A stretch of DNA of 64,000 nt. Origin: Thecamonas trahens ATCC 50062 (taxonomy: Eukaryota > Protista > Apusomonadida). How positions within the stretch are numbered: the stretch's first letter is position 1; every line of letters starts with the position of its first letter. The stretch is from contig NW_013657624.1 in assembly GCF_000142905.1 (NCBI RefSeq), positions 165,782-229,781 of the forward strand, in the 5' to 3' direction. Positions 46,274-56,103 of the stretch are shown in pieces. Under the pieces are notes generated by a model, which did no database searches, was not told the origin of the DNA, and saw nothing but the letters and a program-made list of their open reading frames with translations. The translations under genes and the position numbers were made by a program.

Positions 46274-47392
46274 TTAGTCCTTGACGGCCTGGACGTTGAC
46301 AATGCGCGACTGCTCCTTGGCGACTGCTCCTTGGCATCGTCCTCCTTGCCGATCTTGATGGTAAGGACGGTGACCATGCAGGCATCCTCACCGGCATCGC
46401 TGGCCGAGATCAGCGTCGAGCGAGTCCGAATCCGGGAGCGGGACGTCCTCACGCATCTCACCGTCGTTATCCATGATATCCATGAGGGCAAGGAAGTCGT
46501 CGTCGGTGATGTCGCACACGGTGTAGGTCTCGTTGGCCATGGTGAAGTACTTGAAGACCGAGTGGTGGGTGAAAATCTCCGTGAACTTGCGGTCGGTGAG
46601 GACGCACTTGCCGGTCACGAACTTCTTGGCGTGGCCGTGCTTGCCCGGACGGGAGAGCTTGACGTCAGTGATCTTGCAGACGTTCTCGCCTGTTGGTTGT
46701 CGGGTGGTTGGTTGCGTTGGTGGCATGGGCATGGCGGTGAGTGGCGGGCGGTGGACGGAGGCGAGCCATCCCACACACAGGGTTGCGGGAGAGGCGCAAG
46801 CGAGGGGGAGGCCAAGGGGGAGATAGAGGGGATATGAAGAGCGAGAAACCGGGAGGGTATAAAGCAAGTAGGCATGTAAACACTTGGCAAGTTGGCAAAG
46901 GAGTACGCATGGGTGTGCGTTGTAGAGGGCGAGAGGGGGGAGAGCAAGCGCCTCGCCAAAAAATACCAAATATCGACCGTAGGCCGCTTCTCGGCGCCAA
47001 GGGAGCGACGAAAGGAGGTACAGGTGGGGGGGACGTGGGGAGAAGCGGGAGACAAGTCAGGGGTATGACTGTGTGGATGATACCCGTGGGCATGTGGTAG
47101 GCAAGTTGGGAGCTCTGGAGAGTACGGCAGTAGCGATGGGGAGGGAAGGAAGGCGGGCGGTGGGCGGGCGGTGTGGGGAGCTTCGATGGTGCACACACAC
47201 ACCACAATCCAATATTGTCATTGCTGGTTGGAGGTATGGGCATTGGCGGGAGAAGGAAGGAGTGGAGAAGCAAGATAGTTGGGCGGGAGGGGAGGGGATG
47301 AGATGAAGAAGGAGCATGGGTATACGTACCCTTGATAACGCAGTACGCGTTGTTCTTCAGGTCGGGAAGTGCATCTCAATACCGGCAGCCAT
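46274..47392 (-). pseudogene. EIF5A: Divergent eIF5A gene with multiple frame disruptions (pseudogene or mis-assembled gene); exons 47392-47330 and 46689-46274
   Basis: DLKNNAYCVIKG/ENVCKI...SRPGKHGHAK...MREDVPLP...MVTVL. Lesions: -1 at about 47365, 9-nt duplication 46468-46485, frameshift plus TGA at about 46388-46400, 14-nt duplication 46307-46334. Confidence 0.75.
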
Positions 47393-47897
47393 GGTGAACG
47401 GGGGTTGTGAAAAGTCGAGTGGTGGCCTCCCCCCGTTTCGCAGGAAGGAGACCACGCTCAACGATAATATCAACGAGAGAATCATGATGACGGGCCAAAG
47501 GGCGGCCGGCCTGCCGCCCTTGCGCTATTTTTAATCATCATTTCGTGCCTCTGCCTCTTCATCGTTTGAATTAACAAGCAATACGTCACGCAGCATCCTG
47601 TTGTAGCAAGGTGCAGCCATGACCAAGCATGGCTTGTTCCTCCCGCCATTTAGGGTGCCATTCAGAAGCGAGAGCGAGGACCAGGGCTAGAGCGAGGCCA
47701 ATTCTCTTCACATCGGCTGCCTTTTTTGAGCTATTACTTTTTCACCTCCCGCATTTCCCCCTCGATGATACCATCACATGGTAGCCAGCCTGGTTTGAGT
47801 CGCTCTCACACCTGACTTTGTCATTGCAGCTGTACCGTGGGTATACGACGACGACTACGTGTGAGTGTGAGAAACTTGAGACATAAGCGTGTCTGTC

Positions 47898-50025
47898 ATG
47901 TGTATGTGGTGGCGGTGAGTATGGTGATGGGCAGCGGTTTGGCTGAAGACGCAGACGCACCTGTGGACGACGTTGCCAGCATGTTGTTCGGGGGATGGGA
48001 TGGGAAGGAGGATGGAGGAGTGCATGCAGGGTAAAGGCGATGGCGAAAAGAAGCTATTTGGTTGACTCATGTGATGGGAGAGCCCAGCTGAAGCCGACAA
48101 GGTCGCCGTGTTGCAGACCAAGCTGAAGAAGACGCTCGAGGTGGCCAAGGCAGCGGTGCAGCGCGGAAAAGATGCGCAGGCCAAGGCGAATGCCGAGGCA
48201 GAGCGGGCTGATGCTGCCGAAGGCAAGGTGGCCGAGATGGAGGCGCGGGCGGTGGCGGCCGAGAGCAAGGTGGCCGAGATGGAGGCGCGGGCGGTGGCGG
48301 CCGAGAGCAAGGCGGTGTCGGGCGTTGAGGCGGTGGAGGCTGAGCTCGAGGCGCTCAAGACAAGGTACAAGAAGGCCGAGGGCGGGCTACGGACGGCAGT
48401 GGAAAAGTACAAGGCCGAGGTGGCCAAGACTGCCGCTCTCAACTCACAGCTTGCCGAGATCCAGGCGCAAATCAGTGTGTTGGCTGGCGAAAAGAGCGAG
48501 CTGGAGGCCAAGGTTCAGGCTGCCGAGGCTCGGGCTGCCGAGGCCGCCGCCGGAGCAGGCGAGGCAAGTGAGCTCCAGGCACAGATCGCCACTCTGGCTG
48601 GCGAAAAGAGCGAGCTGGAGGCCAAGGTCCAGGCTGCCGAGGCTCGGGCTGCCGAGGCCGCCGCCGGAGCAGGCGAGGCAAGTGAGCTCCAGGCACAGAT
48701 CGCCACTCTGGCTGGCGAAAAGAGCGAGCTGGAGGCCAAGGTCCAGGCTGCCGAGGCTCGGGCTGCCGAGGCCGCCGCCGGAGCAGGCGAGGCAAAGTGA
48801 GCTCCAGGCACAGATCGCCACTCTGGCTGGCGAAAAGAGCGAGCTGGAGGCCAAGGTTCAGGCTGCCGAGGCTCGGGCTGCCGAGGCCGCCGCCGGAGCA
48901 GGCGAGGCAAGTGAGCTCCAGGCACAGATCGCCACTCTGGCTGGCGAAAAGAGCGAGCTGGAGGCCAAGGTCCAGGCTGCCGAGGCTCGGGCTGCCGAGG
49001 CCGTAGCTGGGGCAGGCGAGACAAGTGAGCTCCAGGCACAGATCGCCACTCTGGCTGGCGAAAAGAGCGAGCTGGAGGCCAAGGTCCAGGCTGCCGAGGC
49101 TCGGGCTGCCGAGGCCGTAGCTGGGGCAGGCGAGGCAAGTGAGCTCCAGGCACAGATCGCCACTCTGGCTGGCGAAAAGAGCGAGCTGGAGGCCAAGGTC
49201 CAGGCTGCCGAGGCTCGGGCTGCCGAGGCCGCAGCTGGGGCAGGCGAGGCAAGTGAGCTCCAGGCACAGATCGCCACTCTGGCTGGCGAAAAGAGCGAGC
49301 TGGAGGCCCAAATCGATAACGCATCAAGTCCGACTGCGTCCAATGTCGACGTCGACGCCGTGGTCGACGAGAACAAGAGCCTAGCAGCTCGGGTGGCCGA
49401 GCTCGAGGCCGAGGTCCGCGCCTCGCGAGCTGCCAGCGACTCGGACGCACTGATCGAGAAGATGCGCGGCGAGCTCATTGAGGCCGAGGCAAAGATCAGC
49501 AAGCTGGAGCGCGAAGTGGTAACCGCCACGACTGCCGCCGTTTCTGCCGCGCCTGCTGCTCCAGCCCCCGGGCCTCCGCCGCCACCGGCAGGCGGCCCGC
49601 CACCACCGCCGCCACCACCGCCACCACCGCCGGCCGGAGGGGGGCTGCAGAAGAAGAAAGCCCGCACCATGCCTGCCGGCGGCATGGCTTCGCTGGCGGC
49701 CGCAATCCAGGGCGCGTCTCTGCGCAAGACCGACGGGCCCGGGAGCGGAGGCGGCGACGACGGCAGCGGAGGCGGCAACGGGCCGGTCGGCATGGGCGGC
49801 ATCCTCGCCGCACTCAAGGGTGGCGTCAAGCTCCGCAAGGCTGCTGCCCGCCGCAAGGAGCCCGAGAACGCCAAGACCGAAAACGACGAGATCGCCAACA
49901 TGGCTGCTCGCCTTGCCCAGCGCCGTGCCAAGAACCCACAAACCTGGCGCCACTCGGTCAAGATGTCGCTCTCGGAAGCCGACGAGCTCTCCAAGGCGCT
50001 CGCCGAAGAGGGCCCTTCGTCGTAG
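47898..50025 (+). CDS. Coiled-coil repeat plus polyproline plus two WH2-like motifs (shootin-like actin regulator); exons 47898-47901 and 48088-50025; extra A at 48794-48796
   Basis: ATGT/GTATGT...CCCAG/CT gives MSEADK; 38-aa heptad repeats; PPPPP tracts; LAAAIQGASLRKT and ILAALKGGVKLRKA. Confidence 0.8.
48460..49308 (+). repeat. Coding 114-bp tandem repeat, about 7.5 copies (ELQAQIATLAGEKSELEAKVQAAEARAAEAAAGAGEAS)
   Basis: GGCGAAAAGAGCGAGCTGGAGGCC recurs 8 times at 114-bp spacing (115 at the frameshifted unit). Confidence 0.95.
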
Positions 50026-50031
50026 GCCGGT

Positions 50032-53000
50032 TTACTCTTTTGTAGGCATGCTCTCCAGAAACGCACCAAGATCAAACTGATCCTGATACTCGCCGTCGTC
50101 CCACAGCTCGCCCAACGAGTTGAGGATGGCGCCCAGCTTGCCACCCTGGCCCGACGAGCCGGCGGCCGACTCGGCGGCGGCGGCGGCGGCGGCGGATTCT
50201 GGCGCGGCCGAGCCTGCGGCGGCGCCGGATTCCGCGTCGTCGCCAAGCTCAAAGAGATCGATGAGGCGGTCCGTCGACATGGTGAGCATGGACGAGTTCT
50301 CGGACGAGACCACGGTGTTGGCCACGTTGAGCTTGAACTGCTGCAGGCCCATGATTTTGTCTTCGAGCGTGCCCTTGGCAATGAGCCGGTAGACGTTGAC
50401 GACCCGCTTCTGCCCGAGCCGGTGGGCCCGATCCATGGCCTGCAGGTCCTTCATCGGGTTCCAGTCGTGGTCCATAAACACCACCGTGTCGGCGCCGGTC
50501 AGGTTGAGCCCGAGCCCGCCGACCGAGGTCGTGAGGAGGAGTACGTCGATGGTCGGGTCCGAGTTGAACTTGTTGACCACGGCCTGTCGCTTCGACGACG
50601 CCACCGAGCCATCGAGCCGCATGTACGTCACGCCCGGAAGCACGCTCTCAAACACGTCGCTCTCGATAAGGTCCAGCAGCGCCTTGGACTGCGCGAAAAT
50701 GAGGACGCGATGCCCGCCGCCGCCTGTCCGCGTCTCCGGTGCGCCGGTGATCCCGCACTGCTCCAGCAGTTCGGCAAGGACCTTGAGCTTGGGAGCCTGT
50801 GCCAGCGTGTGCAGCGCCTTGTCTGGCTGCGCGTACCGTCCCATGACCTCGGCATACATGCCGTGCGACGGCGTGAGCGCAAGCGTCGGATGGTTGATCA
50901 CCTTGCGCAAGTACTGGAGCGTTCGGAAGATGTGGACCTTGGACGACGCGCCCTTGCCGCCAAGCCCGACCTCGTCGACCGCTGCGTACAGCTCGCGTTG
51001 CAGCGGCGAGAGCGTGCAGTACACGTCCTGGATGATCTTGGGCGGCAGGTCGTCGAGTACCTCCTCCTTCAGCCGCCGCATGAGGAACGGGAGAACCTGC
51101 CGGTGGAGCGCCTCGAGCGCCAGCGCCCCGGCCTCCTGCTCGGCCTCGGAGCACTTGGCGTCGCGCGACGCCACAATCGGCTTGCCGTACACAGCCTGGA
51201 ACCGCCCCTCGCTCCAGAGAAAGCCCGGCATGAGAAAATCAAAGAGCGACCAGAGCTCCAGCACGTTGTTCTGGATCGGCGTGCCAGAAAGAATGAGCCG
51301 GTGCGAGGCAGGCACTCGCTTCACCGCCTGCGCCACAAGCGACTTGGGGTTCTTGATCACGTGGCCCTCGTCAAGGACGCAGTACCCGAACGGGAGCTGC
51401 GAGAGGAGCTCCACGTCGTTGCGCATCACCTCGTATGAGCACACAACCACCGGCAGCGCCTGCGACGGCCGCTGCTCCCGTGGCGCCCACGCGAGCGGTG
51501 GCGGCGGTGGCGGCGGCAGCGCACCCACAGCAGGCTCGCCCTTGCCACCCTTGGCGCCCTTGGCGCTCTTGCCTGCCTTCCGCACTGCCTTGATCCACGC
51601 TGCGTAGGCATCGACACCGGTGACCCAGCCGCGGAGCGCTTCCAGCCGCTTCTTGGGCGGCCCACGGAAAGCGATCGGGCAGAGAATGCCATCGGGCACA
51701 AACTTGGTCATCTCCATGGCCCAGTGCTCGACGAGCGTCGTCGGCGCGACAACCAGGGTCGGCAGGCCGAGTGAGGCCGGCGTGGCGTGTGGCGCGGCTG
51801 CAGCCTCCACCGCCGACGCCGCCACAATGGCAATGGTCTGCAGCGTCTTACCGAGGCCCATGTCGTCGCAGAGGACGCCATGGAGGGCGTACTTGCGGAG
51901 AAAGGCGAGCCAGTTGAGCCCGTCCTGCTGGTACGAGCGGAGTGTGATGCCACCCTTGAGCGTAAACGGGAGCTCGTACGGCTCGAGCTTGGTCGGATCG
52001 AGAAGCTGGTCGAGGAACGACCGCTTGGCGCTCCGCTGGGCAACAAGCTCGGCCGACATGCCCGCGGGCGACGGCGCGCCCGCCTCGAGCGGCATGAGCT
52101 TGATGAGCGAGCCAAAGGTGTTGGCCATGGCGGTGCGGACGGCGGCAACAGGATCCGACATCCGCCCGAGCACCGGCACAATGATAAAGACGAGATACGG
52201 GAGCACATCGTCGCCGAGCGCGTCGACAAGCGCGTCGACGGCTGCTGCCGCGCCCAGCCGCCGCAACGGCGACGTGCCGTCGTCGAGGAGCGGAAGGACA
52301 GAGGAGATGACGGTCTGCATGACGGTCAGCGTAAAGCTGCCAGCAAGCGCGGCAAGTGCGCGTGACGCGCCGTGGCGGACAGCCGCGTTGGCGACGACCA
52401 GGCATGCAAAGACACCCGGGAGCAGGCTTGCCACCTTGGCCTCGACCTCTGGCGAGACCGCAAGCTTCGGCGCAAGCGTGGCAAGAAGTGCAAGGGCGCG
52501 GACGGCGGCCTGCGGCTCGGTCGCCGGCGACGCGAGGCCAGCGGCTAGGATCTTGGTTTCGAGGTGTGGGAGGAGCGAGAAGAGCGAGGCGCCAAGCGAG
52601 TCTGCGAGTGCGTGGAAAAAGGCGGCGGCACCGATGGCAGCGCGAGCGGCACGGTCGGCGTCGGCACCGATCAGCTTGGGCGGATTAAGCTCCGCAAGGT
52701 TGGCCGGGAGCAGAGCCGGCTCGCGGTCTGTGCCGGCGAGAGCCTCAGGCCAGTCGGCGGCAGCGACGGTCGCCGGGTCGCCAACCAACGCGTTGAGCAT
52801 CGAGCCGCAGATCTTATTGGCGGGGCCCTTGGGCAGCCGCGGGAGGACAGCCTCGACTAGGGCAACGAGGTGGGCGGCAGCGTCGGCCTGCAGCAGGGGC
52901 ACATCGAGCTTCTTGACGGCGGCGACAAGTGCCTTGACCAGCGGGTTGAGCTTGGGCGGAAAGTGGGCAAGTGCGACAGCAGCGCCGGCAGCGGTCGCCT

Positions 53001-55719
53001 GTACGCACAGGTGGAACTTGTCCTGCAAGCTCTGGAGGAAGCCGATGGTCTCGAGGAGCTGGTCCTGGGCAGCGGTGCGGGCGGCAGCGGCGTCGCCGGT
53101 CCGTGTCAGCGGCATGTCCCGGTCCATGGCGGCAAACGCGGTGGTGGCAACGTAGGCGGCGGCGGCGAGGACGTCAGTCTCGGCCGATGGCGCACCGGCG
53201 AGCGCTTGTGTTGCCTTGGTCTGCGGGAGGCCGTGCGAGGTGAAGAGACTCACCAGGTTGCCCATCTGGGCGCGAAGCCTCTCGAGGAGGAGCATGAGCT
53301 CACCGTAGAGGGGAACAGCGCTCGCTTTGGTCCCGAGGCAGGCGAGGACAGCATCGAGGAGCGGCGAGCGGAGATCGGGGGTGTTCGGGGCCCAGCGGGC
53401 CAGGATCAGAGCACCGGCCTGGCGCTCAACCGAGAGCTGCGAGGCAAGAAGCGACGAGAGGAGCGAGACAAACGGATTGGCCTCGGTTGGAAGCGCGGCG
53501 GCGTACGCGGCGGCAAGGAGGCCGAGCGCAGCCGACCCGTTTAGCCGCATCCGCACGCCGGCAGTCCGCGACGAGATGCCGTAGACTGAGGAGAGCGCCG
53601 GATCGGCAGCGAGGCCGGAGGCCGGCTGTGTAGAGGGCGGCGCTGGCGCGGGAGCATTGCTCGACGAGGCCACCTCCATGGGCTGCGGCTTGGCACCCTC
53701 GCGAGTCGCCTTGGCAGTCGACCGAAGGCGGGCCGAGTGCTGCGGGATAAGGAGGAGCGAGGCGTCGAGCTGGGTGCCCGACGGCGTGACAAGCAGCTTT
53801 GTCCACGCCAGCAGGTGCGGCGAGGTGACCGAGACGATAAAGGCGGCCGAGTCGTCGAGGGCGAGGAGAGCGGACCACAGTTTGCGCGAGGCGGCGACGA
53901 GCGACGGCTTTGTCTCGAGAAGCATGTTCTGGAAGAGGAGGCGGAAGAGCGGACCCATGCAGGTCTCTGCGGAGAGCCATGCGCCGGACGAGCGAGAGAG
54001 GAGGGTGGAGAGGGTGGTGAGGGTGGCGGTGCGGACGGCGGCGTCGTTGTGGCGGAGAAAGGGGAAGAGGCGCGGGATGAGGTGCGCGAGGCGGGCCGGC
54101 GGCGCGCCATGGAGCATGTGGCTCGACTCGGCCGAGCCGGCGGCGGCAATGTCCGCGGCCGCGGCTGCGGCCGGATCGGCGGTCTCGTCGTAGTTGTACA
54201 GCTTAAAGTCCGAGTCAGGCGGGGCAGCGGCGTAGGTGGCAGCGAGGAGCTCGAGCGAGGCCGCGGTGGAGACGGTGAGGTCGTCGAGGTAGAGAAGGGC
54301 GTCCCAGAGGACGGAGAGGAGAGGGCCGACGAGGCGCGGGAAGGCGTCGACGATGTGGGAGGCGAGCGGGGCGAGGGTCTGCGCCGCGACAGCGCGGACG
54401 TCGTCTTCGCCATCGGAGAGATGGCGCATGACCGGGCGGAGGATGAGCGGAAGCCAGGCGGCGACGAGGTCCATGCGAACGAGGACGACGTACTTGATGC
54501 CGAGGAGGCCGCCGTGGCGGACTTGCCAGTGCGGATGGTCGAGGAGGGCGAGGAGGGCCGAGACAAAGCGCGGGACGTTGTCGTCGACCATGTGGGCGAC
54601 AAGAGCACCCATGGTCTGAGCCACGGTCTCACGGACGGGAGCGACGACGAGGCCAGAGACGTAGTCGCCGAAACGGTCGAGGAGGAGGACGCAGAAGAGG
54701 CGGAGAGCGGTGTCTTCGACCCATGCGGCATGGAGGGCTGCGTTTGCAGCCGGGCTCACGCCGTTGTGCATGCCCGCCGTAGCGGCATGGTGCTTGAGGA
54801 TGTCGCGGAGGGCGGCGGCGGCGCCATGGCGCGTCTCCCAGCGGTCGTTGAAGATGTCGTAGAGGAGCTCGTCGGTGAGCGGCTCAAACGGCCACTCGGG
54901 CGTGGCGTATTGTTCCCACTCTGTGGCGGCCGGGTCGTCGTCATCAACAGCCTCGACCACGATCTTGTTGCCTGCTACAGCGCGTTTGCGGGCGAGCTTC
55001 TTGGTCTTTTTTGTCGGCGGAGCCATGACCGACGAGACGGCGCCGGTCTCGCGGGCGCGCTTGCGGCGGGCGTCGCGCTTGAGCTGGTTCCGCTCGCGGG
55101 CCGAGAGCCCATCGAGGTCGGCGATGACCTCTTCGGCGGCCGGGGCGGAGCTGGCCGAGGAGCCCGCCGGCTGCGTCGTCGCCTTCATCTCCAGATCGTC
55201 GTCGGCAATCATGTCTGCGAACATGTCGCCGCCGATGGTGCTATCGCCGAGGCCGAGACGCATGTTGAGCGCCTCCCGGGCGGCAGCGAGCCGGGTGGCG
55301 CGATTGGCAGAGAGCGAGCGGGGGTCGAGGTCGTACTCTTGCCCGGCCGAGCCGGCAAGCGGGCGGGCGTTGGCGAGGACGGCGTCAATATCAAACGAGT
55401 CAAAGGAGAGCAGGCGCGAGTCGGCGGAAGGGCGATCTTCGACCGACGACGAGGAAGCGCCGGCAGCCGACGGCGGAATGATGACCGGGTTCCACGGCGG
55501 AGTAGCCTCAGCCAGGGCACCCATGGCAGCACCAGCTGCCGTCCGTGTCTCCCACTCTGGCGATGTGAGGAGCGGTCTCACCTTTGCCACTAGAGGGAAC
55601 AGATGAGAGGCATTGGCTTTGACCAGAGAGCCCAATTGGGACGCTGCCGCCTTTCGTGTTGCCGTAGACGAGCCTGTGGTGAGAAGGGTGAGCAGTCGGT
55701 CGAGATGGGTCTCTGCCAT
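50032..55719 (-). CDS. BTAF1: TBP-associated SNF2-family ATPase MOT1/BTAF1
   Basis: LDRLLTLL.TGS..TRKAAA.QLG, LDRFGDYVS..VVAPVRET, HEAT repeats, LCDDMGLGKTLQT, DEGH, SGTPIQNN, WNPMKDLQAMDRAHRLGQ. Confidence 0.97.
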   Translation of the reverse strand: MAETHLDRLLTLLTTGSSTATRKAAASQLGSLVKANASHLFPLVAKVRPLLTSPEWETRTAAGAAMGALAEATPPWNPVIIPPSAAGASSSSVEDRPSADSRLLSFDSFDIDAVLANARPLAGSAGQEYDLDPRSLSANRATRLAAAREALNMRLGLGDSTIGGDMFADMIADDDLEMKATTQPAGSSASSAPAAEEVIADLDGLSARERNQLKRDARRKRARETGAVSSVMAPPTKKTKKLARKRAVAGNKIVVEAVDDDDPAATEWEQYATPEWPFEPLTDELLYDIFNDRWETRHGAAAALRDILKHHAATAGMHNGVSPAANAALHAAWVEDTALRLFCVLLLDRFGDYVSGLVVAPVRETVAQTMGALVAHMVDDNVPRFVSALLALLDHPHWQVRHGGLLGIKYVVLVRMDLVAAWLPLILRPVMRHLSDGEDDVRAVAAQTLAPLASHIVDAFPRLVGPLLSVLWDALLYLDDLTVSTAASLELLAATYAAAPPDSDFKLYNYDETADPAAAAAADIAAAGSAESSHMLHGAPPARLAHLIPRLFPFLRHNDAAVRTATLTTLSTLLSRSSGAWLSAETCMGPLFRLLFQNMLLETKPSLVAASRKLWSALLALDDSAAFIVSVTSPHLLAWTKLLVTPSGTQLDASLLLIPQHSARLRSTAKATREGAKPQPMEVASSSNAPAPAPPSTQPASGLAADPALSSVYGISSRTAGVRMRLNGSAALGLLAAAYAAALPTEANPFVSLLSSLLASQLSVERQAGALILARWAPNTPDLRSPLLDAVLACLGTKASAVPLYGELMLLLERLRAQMGNLVSLFTSHGLPQTKATQALAGAPSAETDVLAAAAYVATTAFAAMDRDMPLTRTGDAAAARTAAQDQLLETIGFLQSLQDKFHLCVQATAAGAAVALAHFPPKLNPLVKALVAAVKKLDVPLLQADAAAHLVALVEAVLPRLPKGPANKICGSMLNALVGDPATVAAADWPEALAGTDREPALLPANLAELNPPKLIGADADRAARAAIGAAAFFHALADSLGASLFSLLPHLETKILAAGLASPATEPQAAVRALALLATLAPKLAVSPEVEAKVASLLPGVFACLVVANAAVRHGASRALAALAGSFTLTVMQTVISSVLPLLDDGTSPLRRLGAAAAVDALVDALGDDVLPYLVFIIVPVLGRMSDPVAAVRTAMANTFGSLIKLMPLEAGAPSPAGMSAELVAQRSAKRSFLDQLLDPTKLEPYELPFTLKGGITLRSYQQDGLNWLAFLRKYALHGVLCDDMGLGKTLQTIAIVAASAVEAAAAPHATPASLGLPTLVVAPTTLVEHWAMEMTKFVPDGILCPIAFRGPPKKRLEALRGWVTGVDAYAAWIKAVRKAGKSAKGAKGGKGEPAVGALPPPPPPPLAWAPREQRPSQALPVVVCSYEVMRNDVELLSQLPFGYCVLDEGHVIKNPKSLVAQAVKRVPASHRLILSGTPIQNNVLELWSLFDFLMPGFLWSEGRFQAVYGKPIVASRDAKCSEAEQEAGALALEALHRQVLPFLMRRLKEEVLDDLPPKIIQDVYCTLSPLQRELYAAVDEVGLGGKGASSKVHIFRTLQYLRKVINHPTLALTPSHGMYAEVMGRYAQPDKALHTLAQAPKLKVLAELLEQCGITGAPETRTGGGGHRVLIFAQSKALLDLIESDVFESVLPGVTYMRLDGSVASSKRQAVVNKFNSDPTIDVLLLTTSVGGLGLNLTGADTVVFMDHDWNPMKDLQAMDRAHRLGQKRVVNVYRLIAKGTLEDKIMGLQQFKLNVANTVVSSENSSMLTMSTDRLIDLFELGDDAESGAAAGSAAPESAAAAAAAESAAGSSGQGGKLGAILNSLGELWDDGEYQDQFDLGAFLESMPTKE

Positions 55720-56103
55720 GGCTTGTTGTCCACGATGTTGATGGTTGTGGTTGTGATTGTGGTGGTTGTGGTGGTTGTCGTCAACTCTGTGTCACTCGGG
55801 TGGGTGGCTGTGGTGGCTATGGTTGTACTTGTGCACACAGTGGTGGTGTGTACAGTTGTTGTTGTTGTGGTGCGTATGGTAGTTGTGGTGGTGTGTATGG
55901 TTGTGGTGGTGTGTGTGTGGTGGTGACGGTGGCTGTGGCTGTGGTGGTGGCTGTGGTGGTGGTGGTGTCAGTATCCGTCCGAGTTGGTCTCCTTACTCTG
56001 TGACATGGTCGCTCGCCTCTACTTGGCCTGCGTAGCCAATGAGCTGACATGACGGACATCGAATCTGACACTCTCGACTCTTGAACGTAGTTGTTGGAGA
56101 ACA

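Noticed and set aside
46925-46975. Sm-site-like ATTTTTTG plus hairpin in the eIF5A intron (snRNA candidate)
   Set aside because: No U1/U2/U4/U5 signature is nearby, and similar A(T)nGG runs occur in other introns.
47355-47372. Antizyme-like polyamine-regulated frameshift in eIF5A exon 1 (ACC TGA)
   Set aside because: It would need -1 rather than +1, there is no slippery heptamer, one extra C in a C-run fixes it, and the gene has other lesions.
48794-48796. Programmed frameshift in the coiled-coil repeat gene
   Set aside because: One repeat unit has AAA where all other units have AA; this is a classic homopolymer over-call.
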